Assembly (NCBI GenBank): GCA_963704905.1
Contig: CAVPHZ010000001.1
Span: 65,547-129,546, forward strand
DNA length: 64,000 nucleotides
Reading direction: 5' to 3'
DNA from: Candidatus Chisholmbacteria bacterium
Lineage (GTDB): Bacteria; Patescibacteriota; Microgenomatia; UBA1400; Chisholmbacteraceae
Position numbers and translations under genes: made by a program. Shown here piece by piece: positions 1 through 9,726 of the stretch. The notes under the pieces are model-generated. The model was not told the origin of the DNA. It did not search any database and saw nothing but the letters and a program-made list of their open reading frames with translations. Position 1 is the stretch's first letter. Each line of letters opens with the position of its first letter.

Positions 1-166
1 TTGGGGGTACATGCAAATGACTGAGAGAATAGATCGATCTTACTTTTCAAGAGCGTATTTTTTCGGCTCTGAAAACTCAAACTAAATAAATTATCAACAC
101 GTAGATAAAAACCGATGGTGGGCAGATGTTATTACGGTCATTGAAACGTATCAACTTACCGGACGC

Positions 167-688
167 ATGTTAGATGTTGGCTGTGCATTTGGATATCTTC
201 TAAAGCGAGCTGAACACTATTTTGACCAGGCAGTAGGAGTAGATCTTTCTCAGTTCGCTCTTCTCAGAGCTCGAGAAGAGGCTCCGCAAAAAGCTAGATA
301 TCCTGAGCAGCTTGTTCTCTCTGACGAACGACTACCTTTTCCACAGAGTTCGTTCGATTTCATCTCTGCGCTAGATGTTTTAGAACATACTCCTAGTTTA
401 AAAAAGAGTTTTCAGTGGATGCAAACCCATTTGAAGCCTGGAGGAATTCTAATGGCAACCATGCCCTTGGCAGATACTTTGGGAGGAAGGGTTTTTTCCT
501 GGTTTGACAAAGATCAAAGCCACATTAGCATTCCAACTCAGCAAGAACTCTCCAAAATATTGGATGAATCAGGATTTAATATAGTAGAACAAGATTATTC
601 GTTCTCATTTGCTCTCGGTCCTCTCGTTGTGAAGTCAAGTAAAATTAATTCCGGCGTTCAACTCGTTCTGCAAAAACCATCATTATAG
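167..688 (+). CDS. Class I SAM-dependent methyltransferase (Methyltransf_11-like); possibly N-terminally truncated
   Basis: The first ATG falls at motif I (LDVGCAFGYLL), so the usual 30-50 aa N-terminal lead is missing. The same frame is open upstream from 86 with no start codon. An in-frame TAA at 83-85 separates a short ATG-initiated ORF at 11-85. Motif II-like 'GGILMATMP' is present. Confidence 0.55.
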   Translation: MLDVGCAFGYLLKRAEHYFDQAVGVDLSQFALLRAREEAPQKARYPEQLVLSDERLPFPQSSFDFISALDVLEHTPSLKKSFQWMQTHLKPGGILMATMPLADTLGGRVFSWFDKDQSHISIPTQQELSKILDESGFNIVEQDYSFSFALGPLVVKSSKINSGVQLVLQKPSL

Positions 689-848
689 AGTTTCTCAATA
701 TACTGCATTTCATCTCATTCTAATGATTGTTATACTTGACTCATGAATGGATCCTCATTTGCAGCAGTTGCTGCTGTATTTATTGTTCTTATTGCCGTAG
801 CCGTAAAAAGAGAAAACAAAAGAAACGGAAAAATAACAATCATTCCTT

Positions 849-2633
849 ATGAATAATATTCTATCCCAAGCATTTGGAAAGAAATTGGATCGTACATCAG
901 TAAGAAGTGATCTTATCGCAGGTATTACAGTCGCATTAATACTCATTCCTCAGTCTCTTGCGTATGCACAACTAGCCGGATTACCCCCTCATTACGGTCT
1001 CTACGCATCATTTCTTCCGCCAATCATTGGGGCACTCTTTGGTTCAAGTCATCACTTATCAACTGGACCAACGGCTGTTATATCGATTATGACCTCTACG
1101 GCACTGAGTCCATTGGCAATCTCCGGCAGCAGTGAGTTTATTGCATACGCCATTCTTCTGGCATTTCTCCTCGGTTTGTTTCAGATCCTTCTTGGAGTTT
1201 TAAAAATCGGTGAGTTGGTAAATTTTTTATCCCATCCCGTCATTTATGGTTTTACGAATGCTGCTGCAATTATCATTGTCACTTCGCAATTTGCGAAATT
1301 ATTCGGCGTCAATGTCCCTCATTTTGAACATCATTTTCAAACCGTCGTCGCTGTAGCATCAGAAGCGATACGTCACACACACATACCAACATTCCTATTT
1401 GGAGCATTTTCATTAGTAATAATGTATGTGGTGCGTCGGTTTAACTCGCGATTACCATCAGTGTTGCTGATTTTGGTTGTCACTACATTAATTTCTCAGG
1501 TATACAAATATGACGGGGCTATTGTTGGGTCAGTTCCCCAAGGGATTGCATCTGTTTCATTGCCAGTTTTTGATTTATCTGCAGTCATCCGTCTTATTTT
1601 CCCAGTCATTATTATCGCACTTATCGGATTTACTGAGTCAGTCTCAGTTGCCCAAGCAATAGCAGTCAAGACGAAACAGCGACTTGATCCAAACAAAGAG
1701 CTTTTAGGCCAGGGGTTGGCAAATTTGGTTGGTTCGTTTTATCAAAGTTTTCCTGTTGCTGGATCATTCTCCCGTACCGCTGTAAATTTTCAAGCAGGTG
1801 CAAAGAGCGGATTAGCTAGCGTATTTACAGGTATAGTAACTCTGATTAGTCTTTTATTTTTCACAAAGTATTTATATTTTCTCCCCCAGGTTGTTTTGGC
1901 AGCAATCATCATACTGTCTGTTACTGGACTCATTGACTTTGCTAAATTTAAACATATTTGGTTCACTAACAAATTCGATGGTTATGCTGCGCTGCTAACT
2001 TTTTTTGGAACACTGCTCTTTGCGCCTGATCTAGAAAAAGGAGTATTTCTAGGAGTCATATTTTCGATTTCTCATTATTTGTACCAGAGTGTGCACCCTA
2101 AAGTTGTGTTCCTGTCAAGGTATAAAGATGGCTCGTTTCATGACGCAGAACGATATAAACTTGATCGCTGTCAAAATATTGCAGCTGTTCGGTTAGACGC
2201 CCCATTATTTTTTGCAAATGCAACGTTTTTTGAAAATGAAATTATCAAAGATCTTTCTGTCCATCCTCAAATCAACGACATTCTTATCGTTGCAAATGGT
2301 ATTAATGAAATTGATGCTACTGGAGAGCTAATGCTTTCATCCCTGGTTCATACATTAAAAAGTTCGAAGAAGAATTTATACTTTAGCTACATCAAGAGTT
2401 CGGTACGAGAAGTTTTGCAAAAAACCGGTTTGTGGAATGAGATAGGAGAAGACCATGTTTTCCACACGACTAAAGAGGCAGTTGAACATATCTTAGAGCA
2501 TGTGAATCATAATCATCAGGATGAAGACCATTGCCCACTAATGGCTCACATCGATGCTCCCATTGAGGCATTTATTACAAAAGATCGGCGAGAAACTATT
2601 GCCTATTACTATAAGAAAATATTTCGCTCGTAA
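849..2633 (+). CDS. SulP-family inorganic anion (sulfate/bicarbonate) transporter with C-terminal STAS domain
   Basis: The N-terminal 'IAGITVALILIPQSLAYAQLAGLPPHYGLYAS' is the SulP signature. There are more than 10 hydrophobic segments. The C-terminal region resembles STAS (anti-sigma-antagonist-like), followed by a His/Asp-rich tail. Confidence 0.85.
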   Translation: MNNILSQAFGKKLDRTSVRSDLIAGITVALILIPQSLAYAQLAGLPPHYGLYASFLPPIIGALFGSSHHLSTGPTAVISIMTSTALSPLAISGSSEFIAYAILLAFLLGLFQILLGVLKIGELVNFLSHPVIYGFTNAAAIIIVTSQFAKLFGVNVPHFEHHFQTVVAVASEAIRHTHIPTFLFGAFSLVIMYVVRRFNSRLPSVLLILVVTTLISQVYKYDGAIVGSVPQGIASVSLPVFDLSAVIRLIFPVIIIALIGFTESVSVAQAIAVKTKQRLDPNKELLGQGLANLVGSFYQSFPVAGSFSRTAVNFQAGAKSGLASVFTGIVTLISLLFFTKYLYFLPQVVLAAIIILSVTGLIDFAKFKHIWFTNKFDGYAALLTFFGTLLFAPDLEKGVFLGVIFSISHYLYQSVHPKVVFLSRYKDGSFHDAERYKLDRCQNIAAVRLDAPLFFANATFFENEIIKDLSVHPQINDILIVANGINEIDATGELMLSSLVHTLKSSKKNLYFSYIKSSVREVLQKTGLWNEIGEDHVFHTTKEAVEHILEHVNHNHQDEDHCPLMAHIDAPIEAFITKDRRETIAYYYKKIFRS

Positions 2634-2756
2634 TATCAGCCTTTATAATATTCATTTTTTTCTGCATTACTACTAGCTTCTTGTTAATCACTTATTCCGT
2701 TTCTGATCCCCGTTTTCTCAGGTTATTCTCAGCTACCTGATATACTATGCACTCAA

Positions 2757-3434
2757 ATGCGATTGTTAGTTGTTGAAGATGAACATAAAATTGCCAATTC
2801 TATTAAAAAAGGATTGGAGCAGGAATCCTATGCTGTTGATGTGGCGTTTGATGGCGAGGCTGGTTATGAGCTGGCATCAACTGAAGAGTTTGATGTGATT
2901 ATTCTTGATCTTATGCTGCCTAAGCTGGATGGAATCGAGATTTGTAGAAGGTTAAGAGAAATCAATATTCATATCCCTATTCTTATGCTCACGGCAAAAG
3001 CGGAACTTGATGACAAGGTCAATGGACTCAATGCTGGAGCGGATGATTATTTACCTAAGCCTTTTGCATTTACTGAGCTGTTAGCCCGCATCAAAGCGCT
3101 GACTAGGAGACCAAAGCAAGCGTTAACAACCACGCTTGAAGTTGAGGATCTGCAGCTAGATACACTATCGTACAATGTACTGCGATCTAAAAAAAAGGTT
3201 TCGTTGTCAAAGAAGGAATTCAGCTTGCTTCAATATATGATGCGACACGAGGGTAAGATTCTAACTAAAGATCAGATAATAAATCATGTGTGGGATTATG
3301 ATGCTAATATTTTACCTAACACAGTGGAGGTTTATATCGGATATTTACGAAACAAAATTGACAAGCCATTTAAGAATTATCCGCGTCTTATTCATACCAT
3401 TCGCGGTTTTGGGTACAAAATAGGGAGAGAGTAG
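2757..3434 (+). CDS. OmpR/PhoB-family response regulator (receiver + winged-helix DNA-binding)
   Basis: REC motifs are present: VEDE, the phospho-acceptor 'DVIILDLMLP' and 'LMLTAK'. The C-terminus is winged-helix-like ('TKDQIINHVWDYD...VYIGYLRNKID') and ends in 'IRGFGY'. Confidence 0.85.
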   Translation: MRLLVVEDEHKIANSIKKGLEQESYAVDVAFDGEAGYELASTEEFDVIILDLMLPKLDGIEICRRLREINIHIPILMLTAKAELDDKVNGLNAGADDYLPKPFAFTELLARIKALTRRPKQALTTTLEVEDLQLDTLSYNVLRSKKKVSLSKKEFSLLQYMMRHEGKILTKDQIINHVWDYDANILPNTVEVYIGYLRNKIDKPFKNYPRLIHTIRGFGYKIGRE

Positions 3435-3436
3435 CA

Positions 3437-4492
3437 ATGTTTCATTCAGCACGATTAAAACTAACTGGTTGGTATCTGCTGATTATCATGTTGGTGAGTG
3501 TATTTTTTAGCCTGTTATTATTTCAGGGGGTTTCTACGGAACTTGATCGTGGATTTCGACGTGCAGAGCTTCGTCTGTATGCGGAAGAAATGGGGATGCA
3601 TCTTCCGCGACAATTTTCAATGAAGAGAGATGATTTGCAACCTGATCTACAAAACCTGACTCCAAAATTCTTGCTGATAGAAGATCTGAAAGAAGCTAGG
3701 CAAAGTATTCTTATCAGACTCTTTCTCGTGAATGGAGTGATCTTGGTTGTTTCAGCTATTGCAAGTTATGCAATGGCTGGAAAAACTCTCGCACCACTTG
3801 AGAAAGCATTAGAGGATCAGAAACGATTCGTAGCTGATGCCAGCCACGAGCTGCGCACGCCACTCACTGCTCTTAAAACTTCTATAGAGGTTGCACTTCG
3901 CGATAAGCGTTTTTCACTTACCAAGGCTAGATCAGTTCTATCGGAAAGCCTTAAAGATATCGACCAACTTTCACATCTTTCTACAAAGTTGTTGCAACTT
4001 TCAAAGTTACAACAAGGTGTGAAGCTGCAGCTCAGATCTGTAGACTTTAAGAAGCTGGTGCAAGAATCAATTAAAACAATTGCACCTCTAGCTAAGGCAA
4101 AACAAATTATTGTTACTTCCAAACTTGAATCGGGAACTATTTTAGCGGAAACAGAGCAGGTTAAGGAGATGATTTTAATCATCCTGGACAACGCAATCAA
4201 GTACACAGCAAAAAGAGGGAGAGTTGAAATTGTTTTGAAATCTCAAAAGAAGCAAATGGTTTTAGCTGTCAAAGACAGTGGTGTTGGAATTTCACAGAAA
4301 GATCTTCCATTCATCTTTGATCGTTTTTACCAAGTTGATACAGCCAGAGGAAAAACGAACACTGACGGATTCGGACTTGGATTGTCTCTAGCGGAACAAA
4401 TAATTAAAGCTCATCATGGCTCGATACATGTACAAAGTCGTGAAGGAGAAGGTACTACTTTTTCTATTAAACTTCCCCGAAAGCAGGGTTAA
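3437..4492 (+). CDS. Sensor histidine kinase (2 TM, HisKA + HATPase_c), cognate of the 2757 regulator
   Basis: H-box 'ASHELRTPL'; N/G boxes 'DNAIKYT', 'DSGVGI', 'GFGLGLS'. The start is 3 nt after the regulator's stop, indicating an operon. Confidence 0.85.
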   Translation: MFHSARLKLTGWYLLIIMLVSVFFSLLLFQGVSTELDRGFRRAELRLYAEEMGMHLPRQFSMKRDDLQPDLQNLTPKFLLIEDLKEARQSILIRLFLVNGVILVVSAIASYAMAGKTLAPLEKALEDQKRFVADASHELRTPLTALKTSIEVALRDKRFSLTKARSVLSESLKDIDQLSHLSTKLLQLSKLQQGVKLQLRSVDFKKLVQESIKTIAPLAKAKQIIVTSKLESGTILAETEQVKEMILIILDNAIKYTAKRGRVEIVLKSQKKQMVLAVKDSGVGISQKDLPFIFDRFYQVDTARGKTNTDGFGLGLSLAEQIIKAHHGSIHVQSREGEGTTFSIKLPRKQG

Positions 4493-4567
4493 TTTCTTTT
4501 AAGCGTTTTCTCAGTTTTGATGTGTATCCTTGTTTTTGATCATTAGAAATGGAAGGAGGTGAACAAC

Positions 4568-5077
4568 ATGAATAAGAAAATTATTATCCCAGCATTAACG
4601 ATCGTCATTGGCGGAGGACTACTTTATGGAGCTAGTCAGGTTGCTGCACATGGGTTTGGGTCTCGATCAGGAAATGAGAGTGTGGTAACTCGATTTGCTG
4701 AAGCCTTTGGCAAGAGTGAAGATGAAGTCAGAGCTGTGTTTGATCAACTTCATGAAGAGCATCAAGCAGAAATGATGACAACGTTTGAAGAGCGACTGAG
4801 CCAGGCCGTAGCAGATGGAACTCTTACTGATGCTCAAAAACAACTCATTCTTGATAAGCATGAAGAACTCATGGCTGATAAAGAATCAAGTTGGGAGACA
4901 TATAAAGATATGACTCCGCAGGAGCGACGCGCTGCTATGCAAGCAAAACACGATGAGCTTGAAGCTTGGGCAGAAAAAAATGGCATTGACCTAGATTTCC
5001 TGGGTGGATTTGGACGGAAGATGGGTATGCATGGCGGACATGGTGGATTTGGAGAGAAATTTGGAAAATCGCTTTAG
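4568..5077 (+). CDS. Secreted LTXXQ-motif protein, CpxP/Spy-like periplasmic chaperone/adaptor candidate with Gly/His-rich tail
   Basis: A GGAGGT ribosome-binding site lies 9 nt upstream. There is a signal peptide ('IIIPALTIVIGGGLLYGASQVAA') and an 'LTDAQKQ' LTXXQ motif. The protein is helical and acidic. The C-terminus is 'GGFGRKMGMHGGHGGFGEKFGK'. It sits directly downstream of a two-component system. Confidence 0.4.
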   Translation: MNKKIIIPALTIVIGGGLLYGASQVAAHGFGSRSGNESVVTRFAEAFGKSEDEVRAVFDQLHEEHQAEMMTTFEERLSQAVADGTLTDAQKQLILDKHEELMADKESSWETYKDMTPQERRAAMQAKHDELEAWAEKNGIDLDFLGGFGRKMGMHGGHGGFGEKFGKSL

Positions 5078-5201
5078 AAATAGCTCTTGCTCTTTTCCTA
5101 GACACTCCCTTTTCAATGGGGGTGTTTAGGATGCCAAATAACTAATGTGATCTCGCTCATATATTTTCTATATTTATTAAGGTAGCATTACATCTCACTT
5201 T

Positions 5202-6260
5202 ATGAAAAAACGATTTATTCTCTCAATTACTGTGCTCTTGATTGCGGTTCTTTTTTTCGGATTGAGTGAGTTTAGAAATCGAGAAATACATGAAGGTCAA
5301 ACATTATCCGTGTTCGAGGAAAGCGTGATTCGTGATGAAGGTGGTCCAGCACTTGAACCCCACCCGCTCTCAATTGAGACGCTAAGGCAAGGTGAGTATT
5401 CAGGGAGCGAGATTGTTATTGAACAAACATTGAGCCATGGCTCAAATTACTCCCGCTACATTGCTTCACATAAATCAGAAGGTCTGAAGATATTCGGACT
5501 TCTCACCATCCCAGATGGAACTCCTCCTGATAGTGGATGGCCAGCGATAGTTTTTAACCACGGTTACATTTCTCCCTCTGTCTATCGAACCACGGAAAAG
5601 TATGTTGCCTACCAGGATGCGTTTGCAAGAAATGGTTATGTTACATTTAAATCGGATTATCGAGGACACGGCAACTCTGAAGGCGATGCACGAGGTGGGT
5701 ATGGAGCTAACGACTACACCATCGACGTATTGAACGCGCTGGCTTCAGTTCAAAAGCTGGAGGAAGTAAATCCTGACAAGATCGGCATGTGGGGTCACTC
5801 TATGGGTGGGCACATTACTCTAGAGAGTATGGTGGTAAATACGGATATAAAGGCTGGAGTTATTTGGGCTGGTGTCGTCGGTTCCTATGAAGACCTGTTT
5901 GAGCGATGGAGAAGACGCTCCGGTCCCACTCCAACTCCAAATCCAAATAGCCAGCGAGGTCGCTGGCGACGGGAGTTGTCTGAGCTTTTTGGTGATCCAA
6001 GCGAAAATCCTGAGTTTTGGAATTCATTATCTGCTACCTCTTACCTTGATGATATCTCCGGTCCAGTGCAACTTCATCACGGAACCGCTGATTCCTCAGT
6101 GGAGGTTGAGCAGTCCACAGGGCTGGAACAACGACTTAAGGATGCCGACAAACCTGTAGAGCTGTTTGTCTATGAGGGAGATGATCATAATATTTCCAGT
6201 AATCTTTCACTTGCCCTTTCCCGCTCGGTTGCGTTTTTTGACAAATACCTCAAGGATTAA
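5202..6260 (+). CDS. Secreted alpha/beta hydrolase, prolyl-oligopeptidase (S9)/dienelactone-hydrolase-like serine hydrolase
   Basis: It has a signal peptide, a nucleophile elbow 'GHSMGG', and Asp and His ('GDDHN') late in the sequence. Confidence 0.7.
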   Translation: MKKRFILSITVLLIAVLFFGLSEFRNREIHEGQTLSVFEESVIRDEGGPALEPHPLSIETLRQGEYSGSEIVIEQTLSHGSNYSRYIASHKSEGLKIFGLLTIPDGTPPDSGWPAIVFNHGYISPSVYRTTEKYVAYQDAFARNGYVTFKSDYRGHGNSEGDARGGYGANDYTIDVLNALASVQKLEEVNPDKIGMWGHSMGGHITLESMVVNTDIKAGVIWAGVVGSYEDLFERWRRRSGPTPTPNPNSQRGRWRRELSELFGDPSENPEFWNSLSATSYLDDISGPVQLHHGTADSSVEVEQSTGLEQRLKDADKPVELFVYEGDDHNISSNLSLALSRSVAFFDKYLKD

Positions 6261-6264
6261 TTTT

Positions 6265-7059
6265 ATGAAAAAAATTTTTCTCGTTGTTTTATTGATCACT
6301 TCCGTTTCGGTGGGAGTGTTTCTTTCTAAACCACAACCTCCAGCAGAATTGTACGGGGCTCCTCCTTATATTGAGGACGACGGGTCGGCGGAGCTTGATT
6401 TTGGAAGGTTTGGTAATCTATCAAACTGGACGCGTCCAGAAGGGCCACTTCGGGTCGGACTTCAGGCAGGACACTGGAAACACCAGGAGCTTCCCGACGA
6501 ACTAGCAAGACTTAGGGCGCGAGGAGGAGGAACGAGCAGCGGTTCGGTAGCAGAGTGGGAAGTTAATTTGGTGATCGCTGAAGAGACGAAGAAGCTGTTG
6601 GAGGCGGAAGGAATTGTGGTTGATATTTTACCGGCTACCATACCTCCCGCTTATTACGCTGATGTTGTGGTAGCTATCCACGCAGATGGGAGTACGAGTC
6701 CGGCTACATCCGGATTTAAAGTAGCCGCTCCCAGAAGAGATAGGAGCGGAAAAGCGCCAACGCTTGCTAGGGTGATTGAAGAGGTTTACCAGCAACAAAC
6801 AAAATTAGCAATAGATCCAAATATCACCAGGAACATGACTGGGTATTATGCTTTTAACTGGAGAAGATATGATCATTCCATCCATCCCATGGCTCCCGCA
6901 GTTATTTTAGAAATGGGATTTTTAACCAACCCCACCGAAGCGAGGTTACTCATTCAAACACCAGAAATTCCGGCTAAGGCTTTGATGTTGGGAATATTGA
7001 CTTATCTTGACTCCGAAAGTTCATTGAGCTTTAGTCCAAATTCTCTTAGGAGAGGGTAA
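6265..7059 (+). CDS. N-acetylmuramoyl-L-alanine amidase (Amidase_3 / CwlD-like), secreted
   Basis: The true start is taken as ATG at 6265, preceded by a signal peptide 'MKKIFLVVLLITSVSVGVF'. The upstream portion of the six-frame ORF overlaps the hydrolase gene. 'VVAIHADGS' and 'ILEMGFLTNPTEARLL' match Amidase_3 motifs. Confidence 0.6.
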   Translation: MKKIFLVVLLITSVSVGVFLSKPQPPAELYGAPPYIEDDGSAELDFGRFGNLSNWTRPEGPLRVGLQAGHWKHQELPDELARLRARGGGTSSGSVAEWEVNLVIAEETKKLLEAEGIVVDILPATIPPAYYADVVVAIHADGSTSPATSGFKVAAPRRDRSGKAPTLARVIEEVYQQQTKLAIDPNITRNMTGYYAFNWRRYDHSIHPMAPAVILEMGFLTNPTEARLLIQTPEIPAKALMLGILTYLDSESSLSFSPNSLRRG

Positions 7060-7241
7060 TGATGTGCTAGATTGAGAACTTTTTTGAGCAGTCTGCGATT
7101 TACCTTAATTATAGTGTTCTCGATCAATGCTCCTCTTGGATTCAATATCAGAGACAAATACAACACCTGTCCTAGTTAAGGTTCACCTCGATAGTGTATT
7201 ATTATTTCTTTCCAGATCGGGGGAGGAAAAAATAAACAATC

Positions 7242-7712
7242 TCAGCTTATAGCTTCTATTGTGTAGATTATTGTTCCGGCGGGTGCTGAGACTTTAACCG
7301 TATCACCAGCTTTTTTTCCTAGAATCGCTTTTCCAATTGGACTTTGGATGGAGAGTTTTTGCTTTGACGGATTTGACTCTTTATCTTCTACGAGCATGAA
7401 CTCAAGAAGTTTTTCATTATTTTTTAGCTTGACTTTACTTCCGAATTCGATAATACCTGATTTACTTGTTTTTTTTATCACATCTGCTGATCGGAGCAAA
7501 TAGCTTAATTTCCGCAGTTCACGATCGATGGAGCCGAGTTCAAATCGAGCAGCTTTATAGGCTCCGTTTTCAGATAAATCCCCCATCTCCCGAGCGGTTT
7601 GCAGACGAACAATAACTTCTGTCCTTTCTTTAAGCAGTTTTTCATTTCTCTTTTCCATTTCCTCATATCCTTCGGTTGTAAATTTTATTGTTTTTTTCAT
7701 TTCTATCCTCAA
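7242..7712 (-). CDS. greA: Transcription elongation factor GreA
   Basis: The N-terminal coiled coil carries 'REMGDLSENGAYKAAR'. The C-terminal FKBP-like domain carries 'SPIGKAILGKKAGDTV'. Confidence 0.9.
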   Translation of the reverse strand: MRIEMKKTIKFTTEGYEEMEKRNEKLLKERTEVIVRLQTAREMGDLSENGAYKAARFELGSIDRELRKLSYLLRSADVIKKTSKSGIIEFGSKVKLKNNEKLLEFMLVEDKESNPSKQKLSIQSPIGKAILGKKAGDTVKVSAPAGTIIYTIEAIS

Positions 7713-7791
7713 GGTAATTATATGTTAATCAGATCTAAAGTTGAATTTATTCCAGTACTTGACATTGCTTCTGCTATAATTCCCTCAAGTT

Positions 7792-8586
7792 ATGAATTTT
7801 GTAGCTCTTGATCCAAGACAAGTCTTGCAACGATTGGAGCGAGCGGAAACGCTACTTGACGCTGATTCAACGACAAAAGCAAAATTTTATGCACTCCGTA
7901 AGCTGGTCAAAGGGATCAACCCTGCTCTTGATAAAAAACTATCAACAATTTCTAGGACGCTCAAACAAATCGATTTGTATAAACATGGTAAAGTGGTGGA
8001 ACTTACGGTTCACCACTTGCCTGAGGATACGAAGGAGAGAAAAAAACGAAAAAAATATTTACTTCTCCTTCTTAAACAATGGAAGGGTTTGAAAAGTGAG
8101 GTTAAGCGAGTAAAAAAGGAGCTGCAAAAATCGTCGCAGCAATCTTCTGCCAGTAAAGTACGTTCTGGAGGAAAACTTCTTGCCACTGCGAAGGGTCCGC
8201 TGGGCCTTGTCACGGTAATGGCAGCGGTTATTGCTGGTGGGGTTATCTATCTGAACACACAATCAGTGACAATAACTATTAAGAATGTTAATTGTGAAAC
8301 TATCGAACCAATTGGGATGAACTTCAATCTTCCTGGGATCAAACTACCAAATGAACCCATTCCTGCTGGCGGACAAACTACCCTGATGCTTCCACCATTT
8401 TTAGTTCAAGTTGACGCGAGTAATCCAAACAAAATTAATCTTTCCGCTCTCCGGATGAATTTAAATTTTGATCGATCTCGAGTCGGTGGTGATATTCTTT
8501 TCAACGGACAGTCATTGCTTAACAGAGTTACTGACATTAAACTCGGCTCACAAAAATCTCACATTATCACAGTAACTTGTCAGTAG
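7792..8586 (+). CDS. Hypothetical single-pass membrane protein (Lys-rich cytoplasmic N-terminus, about 110-aa external C-terminal domain)
   Basis: The ORF is 264 aa with one TM segment ('LGLVTVMAAVIAGGVIYL'). No recognisable family. Confidence 0.4.
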   Translation: MNFVALDPRQVLQRLERAETLLDADSTTKAKFYALRKLVKGINPALDKKLSTISRTLKQIDLYKHGKVVELTVHHLPEDTKERKKRKKYLLLLLKQWKGLKSEVKRVKKELQKSSQQSSASKVRSGGKLLATAKGPLGLVTVMAAVIAGGVIYLNTQSVTITIKNVNCETIEPIGMNFNLPGIKLPNEPIPAGGQTTLMLPPFLVQVDASNPNKINLSALRMNLNFDRSRVGGDILFNGQSLLNRVTDIKLGSQKSHIITVTCQ

Positions 8587-8600
8587 ATGTTCACTTTCCT

Positions 8601-9707
8601 TTAGCTACTTATCACCAACAATTCTTCAGATATTTTCTCTAGATTTCTCAAAATTAGTTGCCTTCTATCCCCAGTGACTACTCTAGGTTGACCGAAGTCT
8701 TCTATGAGTACAGGTTCAAAAGTTGCATCCACAAGCTTTCCTTCATAGAACATAAATGCTCCTACTAAACCTTCACGAGTTTTTTGTGACCACATTTGGT
8801 CGAAGATAAAATTACCTAGCGAATATACGATCAGTTTGTCGTTGTAGATTTCAATTGGTTGAATCCAGTGTGGATGGTGTCCGATGATGAGATCTGCTCC
8901 AGAGTCAATTATTTTGTGAGCGAGATCGATCTGTTCTTTGGATGGCTTCTCAGTGTATTCGCTTCCCCAGTGAAACGAGACGATCACAATGTCTGCATTT
9001 TTTTTAGCTACTCTAACATCAACTAACGTTTTGTTCTCATCTAACCATGAAACATCTGATCTTCTTGGAATTATCTGATTGTATCCCATAACAGCAATTT
9101 TCTTGCCCTTCTTATGTATGTACTCAATGTTGTTTAATCCGACTGTAGAAATTAACTTCTCTTCCAACAATATTTTTGTTTGTTCTATACCAATCTTTCC
9201 ATAATCTCCTGAGTGATTGTTCGCGAGTGTGACGATATCAATCCCTGCAAGTAGGAGTCCTTCAATATTTCTTGGATCACTACAGAATCGAGTATTCTCG
9301 TTGGTTATTGGGCAGTTTTCTATAAATGGCCCTTCAAGGTTTACTAGAGTCAGATCAGCTTCCTGTAAGTAATGGGCTGTTTTTTCAAATGGCCAGGGAA
9401 AGTTGTTGTCCTGTGTTGTTTTCATATTCACTGATCTACCAAGCATGACATCACCAGTTGCTATGAGCTTCAGAGAATTGCTTTCATCGAGATCAATGAT
9501 CCAATGAGGTTTTTCTCCGAAGATTTGATCAAGAGTGAGAGTATGTTGGTCAGTGGGTGTTCTTTCCACCTTTTGAGTGAGTTTTTGAGAAGTTGGAGTC
9601 GGCAGTCGAGTTTTGAGGCTTTGGTTTGGGTTTGAATGAATTTGATAGTAGTAAATTGTGAGAAATACAAGTAAGAATAAATATGCTACTGGAGCTACGT
9701 ACTTCAT
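8601..9707 (-). CDS. CapA/PGA_cap-family metallophosphoesterase (poly-gamma-glutamate CapA-like), signal-anchored
   Basis: 'GADLIIGHHPHWIQPIE', 'YSLGNF' and 'VSFHWGSEY' are typical of the CapA metallophosphatase family. The six-frame ORF begins at a TTG at 9743. ATG 'MKYVAPVAYLFLLVFL...' at about 9707 is the likelier start and gives an N-terminal TM anchor. Confidence 0.75.
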   Translation of the reverse strand: MKYVAPVAYLFLLVFLTIYYYQIHSNPNQSLKTRLPTPTSQKLTQKVERTPTDQHTLTLDQIFGEKPHWIIDLDESNSLKLIATGDVMLGRSVNMKTTQDNNFPWPFEKTAHYLQEADLTLVNLEGPFIENCPITNENTRFCSDPRNIEGLLLAGIDIVTLANNHSGDYGKIGIEQTKILLEEKLISTVGLNNIEYIHKKGKKIAVMGYNQIIPRRSDVSWLDENKTLVDVRVAKKNADIVIVSFHWGSEYTEKPSKEQIDLAHKIIDSGADLIIGHHPHWIQPIEIYNDKLIVYSLGNFIFDQMWSQKTREGLVGAFMFYEGKLVDATFEPVLIEDFGQPRVVTGDRRQLILRNLEKISEELLVISS

Positions 9708-9726
9708 GAAAATAAGTTGGTGTGGG

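Noticed and set aside
3817-4206. 129-aa antisense ORF inside the sensor kinase gene
   Set aside because: It is antisense to a CDS carrying canonical H/N/G boxes and has no recognisable features.
5872-6264. ORFs 5872-6159 and the 5' part of 6166-7059 overlapping the S9 hydrolase gene
   Set aside because: They lie in alternative frames within a well-supported CDS. The 6166 ORF only becomes credible from ATG 6265, where a signal peptide begins.
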